The translations under genes were made by a program, and so were the position numbers. Under the pieces are notes generated by a model. It saw only the letters and a program-made list of their open reading frames with translations. It was not told where the DNA came from and did no database searches. A stretch of DNA of 64,000 bases, from positions 11,164,480-11,228,479 of the forward strand of contig OZ037771.1 of the NCBI GenBank assembly GCA_964035545.1. The letters are read 5' to 3'. This document shows, in pieces, positions 58,704 to 64,000 of this stretch (position 1 is its first letter; each line of letters starts with the position of its first letter). This stretch comes from Bugula neritina. Taxonomy: Eukaryota; Animalia; Bryozoa.

Positions 58704-59556
58704 TTAGTTGTTGTGTTTAATGTTGATAGCCTTTTGTTGATTTAATGCTTGTACAATTGATGTCTTAGAAAACTCTACCGGATCTTCAAATATGTAGTCT
58801 TCCAAGCCGTCTTCAAAGAAATCACGAAAATATTCTGGCACTCGTGAGTTAGAAACTGATCTCTTCCTTCTCTTGTACTCACAATACTCACCAATTTCTG
58901 TGACAGTGCAGCCAAAGATGCAACATTCGCAAACAATACCATTCTGATAGGAATCTATTCCATCATAATTCCCATAATCTCCATAGTAATAGCTGTAAAT
59001 GTCAAACATGTTCCGTTTTGATAAAAAGTTGTTTGCATCCAGTCGACTTTTGAAGATCTTACTCTCAGCTTGGGAGTTGTGCTCTCTCGAAAGTAGTTTG
59101 TGTAAAAAGTTGATAGTTTGAGGAACAGCTACAAAAGAAATATTGATATAATATCTAATATGTTGACTAATAAACTTATAGCAAATTCAAATGCTTTTGG
59201 ATCAATAGAAGCAATAATGTATGACCCTTCCTAATACATTTATTCAAAATTAAAAGGTATTTAACAGGTGTGAGAATATACCATAAATTTGAAAAAAAAT
59301 ATTAGCTCTATCAAAATATTTTTTTTTGGTAACTGAGTATCCTATTTTCCTCACCATTCCGTCGTTTTCTTTTTTTTGCGTAGCATACTCTATAGACGTA
59401 AGCCATCAAATTGCCACTGCACTGAGATAGTGGCCCTCGAAAGCCACCTTGTATCATTGAAAGGGTACAGTTGTGTTCAAATCCTGCATTTGTCTCTGGC
59501 ATAATCTCACATATGATCATGCAGGTAGCACATGCCACCAACAACATAGACACCAT
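58704..59556 (-). CDS. Insulin-like peptide precursor C (8-Cys, molluscan-insulin type), 208 aa
   Basis: Exons 59355-59556 and 58704-59128 (phase-1 intron). Signal peptide; B chain HNC-x15-C-x11-C; KKRKRR; C peptide; KR; Tyr-rich A chain ...GIVCECCIFGCTVTEIGEYC; KRRKR; 51-aa tail. Confidence 0.94.
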
Positions 59557-59944
59557 TTTACCTGCATAATAAAACGCAGCAATGTTCACAAGACAAGAAT
59601 ACAGTGAAATAGTTGACATACAAGCATGCTACGCATCAAACACTAAATATATATAAGCTCAAAACAACAAATTATCTATCGTTTTGCATTATATATATAT
59701 GTCATTTAATACCAAAAGTGAAATGGTATACATGCACTGCAATGCTATACAATGTCATTACCAATCGTTTACAAAAGTGCTAAAATAACTAATCTTGTAC
59801 AAGCCTTGTATCAGTCCAGAAAAAGGAATAAGTCAACATGCAGTTTACATGCCTGCTGCTGAGGGTTAATACTGACAGCATTGTTTTACCTGAGAAACTC
59901 TGAAAGTTGGTATGAAGAAATGCTTTCTATGCACTGTCTCTCTT

Positions 59945-60008
59945 CTTATATACATCTCAGTTAGTGTTGCAGCTACTAGGTAATGAAATTACAGCCAATC
60001 AAATTGCA
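59945..60008 (-). promoter_or_regulatory. Putative core promoter of insulin-like gene C (TATA plus CCAAT)
   Basis: Minus-strand GTATATAAG at 59953-59945 and plus-strand AGCCAATCAAATTGCA at 59993-60008. A 5'-UTR donor CAG|gtaaaa lies at 59890/59889. Confidence 0.6.
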
Positions 60009-60976
60009 CATTTCAAGTTAATGATCTTATGGAAACATTATTACTGGTATAATATTGTTTCTTTTGCACTTCTTTACTGCCTAAAATGGAAAGATTATCA
60101 ACATGTTGACACAAAAAAATTTTCTGCTTGATAATTGTTATTTTGCATCAGCTCATAGTCTGCAGAATATTTGTTGTACATATTTGAGACACATAGTGCT
60201 TTATCTATATATATAAAGCTAACATTAGATTGGATACGATACATTTCATCAACAACAACAACAACAATATTATTTCACAAATTATTTATTTAAATACATT
60301 TTATAAAACTAAAATATTGATAACTCTGGGCATGTGCAGTAAGTCTGATAACTAGCAGTAAAAGTAAGTCGCCCTATTGCAATATTATAATTATGATCTA
60401 TGGTAGTCGGGTTTATACCTTCACTGAAAAAAAGTAAAGATTTTCAGTCAGTTTCACTGATCCGAGTAACCCTTTTACCAAAACTCTTTGAAATCATATT
60501 GATGTAGAAGCTTACTTTCTGATTGGGAACTATAACTCACTTAATCAGTATTTGATATACCCTTCGAAAATGTGATGAGCAAAGTTGACAGCATACAAGT
60601 GATAATTGGGAAATAGTAGCTGATATTATAAACATGAAGTTTTTGCTTGAATTGCAGAAATTTTATTTCATGCTTTCTAAGTAAGTCACCTAGCTGCCAA
60701 AGTAATAATTATAAATAGCGATATCTACATAGAATTATCATTCCCACTGAATATTATAATATTCTGAAATCAGCCAATTAAGTTATCACAGGACAGTAAG
60801 TTTAACAAGTGGCTTTTACAGTGCAACGCAGCTGGGTAAAATGTTCAACTCGACCAGATTGCTTTTCTGCCTGAAAATCATGAAGGTATAAACGTTACCT
60901 TAATCAGGTAAAATTGTAAAGCAGTGATCGATTAGAAAAATAGAAGTTACTTGTTGTGGAAAATTTTATAAACACT

Positions 60977-61617
<641 letters not shown>

Positions 61618-64000
61618 ACACACCTTGAATATCAGTATATAATATCTACATAAAATGACTATCAATTATACAATTGATGTTCACCTTCTATGAAAGGATT
61701 TGCACATGAAAGATAGATCTCATATGGCCACCAAACAGAGCTTCCTATAAGATTAGGGTTACTGCACCAGCTGACAGAAATGGGTGTTATGTAAGTATAT
61801 AGTTATGTTTACTTATAACAGTCTACCAAAAGCTTTGTCACTCATACAACTAATTTTAGATCATGCAGTTAAAATTATTTTGAAGTCTCTAGAGAGAAAA
61901 CAAATCAGACAGCCATAATATTTGTACTGCAAGTGTGTAAATAAATCATTATCAAAACATAAAGTTATTGCAATGATGGATTTAACTTTGAATTTATTAG
62001 TCTTGAGATGCAGCATAATAGTAAAAATCAGTTTTTAAAGTGTTTTGATGCAGACTTACAGATGACAAAATATATCTTTAAGCTCACAGTATCTGGTTTC
62101 AGCCAAATAAAATTTCAAATAAAAATTTAATAGTAGACATGTGATATGTTATATATGTTCGACAAGATGCAGTATTTGTTAACTTACACTGTTTAGCACA
62201 ATGAAAACAAGTTATTGTAACAAATAAAGTGTTTATACCATTTCAGCACAACTGTTGCTGTTTTGAAATAATTGTGTATGCCATATACTGAAATTTGAAT
62301 TTTAATTAAAAATCACGCAATACATGTTAAAAATATTATTCGGAGCTAATTGTGTTTACAATTTGTCTGGCACACTGCATTGCAAACCATGGCTGTGTTC
62401 ATGTTTTTCAAATTGACATATTTGTTTATGTGATTATATAATGCTTCATTGTCAAAAACAAACAAATTATACATGTAGATCAGTGCAATGGCATTTTTAA
62501 ACATAGTTTAACAAACTAATCAATAAATGATATATTATTGCTAGCTGAAACTTATAAATACTTAAACTGTTCATTAAATGAACCCAAGTTGATTCAATAG
62601 GAAGATGCGTAATACTAGCAGACTTTACCAATATTCAAGCAGGGTCTTCTAGACAAGACGTAGACATTGCGTCATATTGTGTCTAGTCACATGTTCAATC
62701 TAAACCCCGTCCATTTCTTTAAATCTATTTTAACACACTACGTGTATAAAAATTCAAGGTACATGACGCAATAAACTAATATAATGGTAATTTTATTCAA
62801 AGCTATTTTTAGTAGTAAGTAGTTTTCTGTATACATTGATAGCTCTTCTACCATGTAGCCTAAAGCAACAGTTTATAATATAAATCCAGGCCTCTATCTG
62901 TTTCTCTACCCTTGATTAATAAATTAAAAGGTTATGCAGTTTAATTTTTAAAATAAAAAACAGCACAATAACAATAACAATTACAATCACAAACGGGATG
63001 CTTCTATAATTTGTAACTAATTGGCAACTTGAGAGCTGGCTGCCCCCACAGTATGTACTTCGTACTATATTTAGTAGAAATAAAGCTCTCGTCATTGTTC
63101 TTAACCACTTGAGATGTTAGTCTAGTCTCTGACAGTTGAATATTTAGCCACGTTTGAATTATTTATAACCCCTCGTTATCTCAGCCAGTAAATCCGTTTT
63201 AATACATCAAGTTTGCGTGGTATTTGAGAGCTGCTATAAGGTTGCGTAACAGTAACGTGATTTGTACAATACAGAGATTACAGGATGTAGAGGTGAATAA
63301 GTGCAGTGAATGTATTCATATATACAGTCAGCAGCAAAGGGAAAGTTTCCTTTCCCCCTCACTGTATATTATTACTTTAACGTTTAAAAAATGATAGACA
63401 ACTTAAATGAATTAACAAATAGTAGGGTTTTGGTTTTATGGAACAACTTCAAGGACGTTTGTATGATGGGACTTGGACATTGTATCGGTTTGTGTTTGTG
63501 TCTGGTTGCAAGATATGCTTTAACTACTAGCCAACTTGGCAACAGGTTTTCGAGTTTATTAACTGTCAAATCGTACCCTATAAAATGGGAAACATTAGAA
63601 ATTGTATAAATAAGTAGTCACAATATAAATCAAAATTCAGAGGAACACTATGAATATTACAGAACCAAAAAATTGACATGAACTATTATAATTCTAATAA
63701 ACTTACAATATTGATGCGTGGATAAAAATCTTAGCCATCACAATGCCGAAACCGATAGTTTATTCATACAAAGAGTGTAAATATGGTGGTTTGATCATGA
63801 TATACTGACTCATGCAGTACAGTGAATGAACTAGCTCTGCCAGCTAATAGTAGCTTTGGTGAAAGCTTTTGAAGCTTGAAAGCTTTAATGATTGGCTGCC
63901 TGCCAATACTTCTGGGTGGCATACCAATACAGACATCTTTTATCAACCTGCATGTCAATGTCAATTTATTCATTTTTGACATAAAAATATTTTGTTGTTA

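Noticed and set aside
63384-63982. Two stop-free minus-strand stretches with plausible acceptors near the window end, possibly the last exons of a neighbouring gene
   Set aside because: No recognisable motif, and no phase-consistent splice model could be built. Unresolved without the adjacent sequence.

Overview
This is AT-rich, intron-rich animal DNA. The 8-Cys insulin type suggests an invertebrate, probably lophotrochozoan (inference). Six spliced protein-coding genes were reconstructed by hand, all on the minus strand: (1) a 12-exon ANKH/progressive-ankylosis homologue (1502-8410, 508 aa); (2) an 8-exon secreted heme peroxidase of the non-animal peroxidase-catalase superfamily (12145-18170, 386 aa), whose distal Arg is replaced by Gln and which carries a Ty3/gypsy relic in intron 5; (3) a 6-exon SLC16/MCT transporter (35456-41116, 467 aa); (4-6) a tandem triplet of 8-Cys insulin-like peptide genes (47333-59556). 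Intergenic DNA holds a decayed gypsy element, a very recent non-autonomous Copia element (identical 273-bp LTRs, GATTT target-site duplication, satellite-filled interior), a mariner relic, tRNA-derived SINEs, hairpins and long microsatellites. The microsatellites generate most of the long ORFs in the supplied track. The best candidate for an undescribed system is in the insulin precursors. All three end their C-peptide in a motif spaced like the vitamin-K-dependent gamma-carboxylase recognition propeptide (exactly F-16, A-10, L-6, R-1 in two of them). All three also carry a conserved ~51-55 aa peptide released after the A chain by KRRKR. Together these suggest a family of gamma-carboxylated insulin prohormones with a co-released peptide. 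This is an inference from sequence and needs peptidomics.
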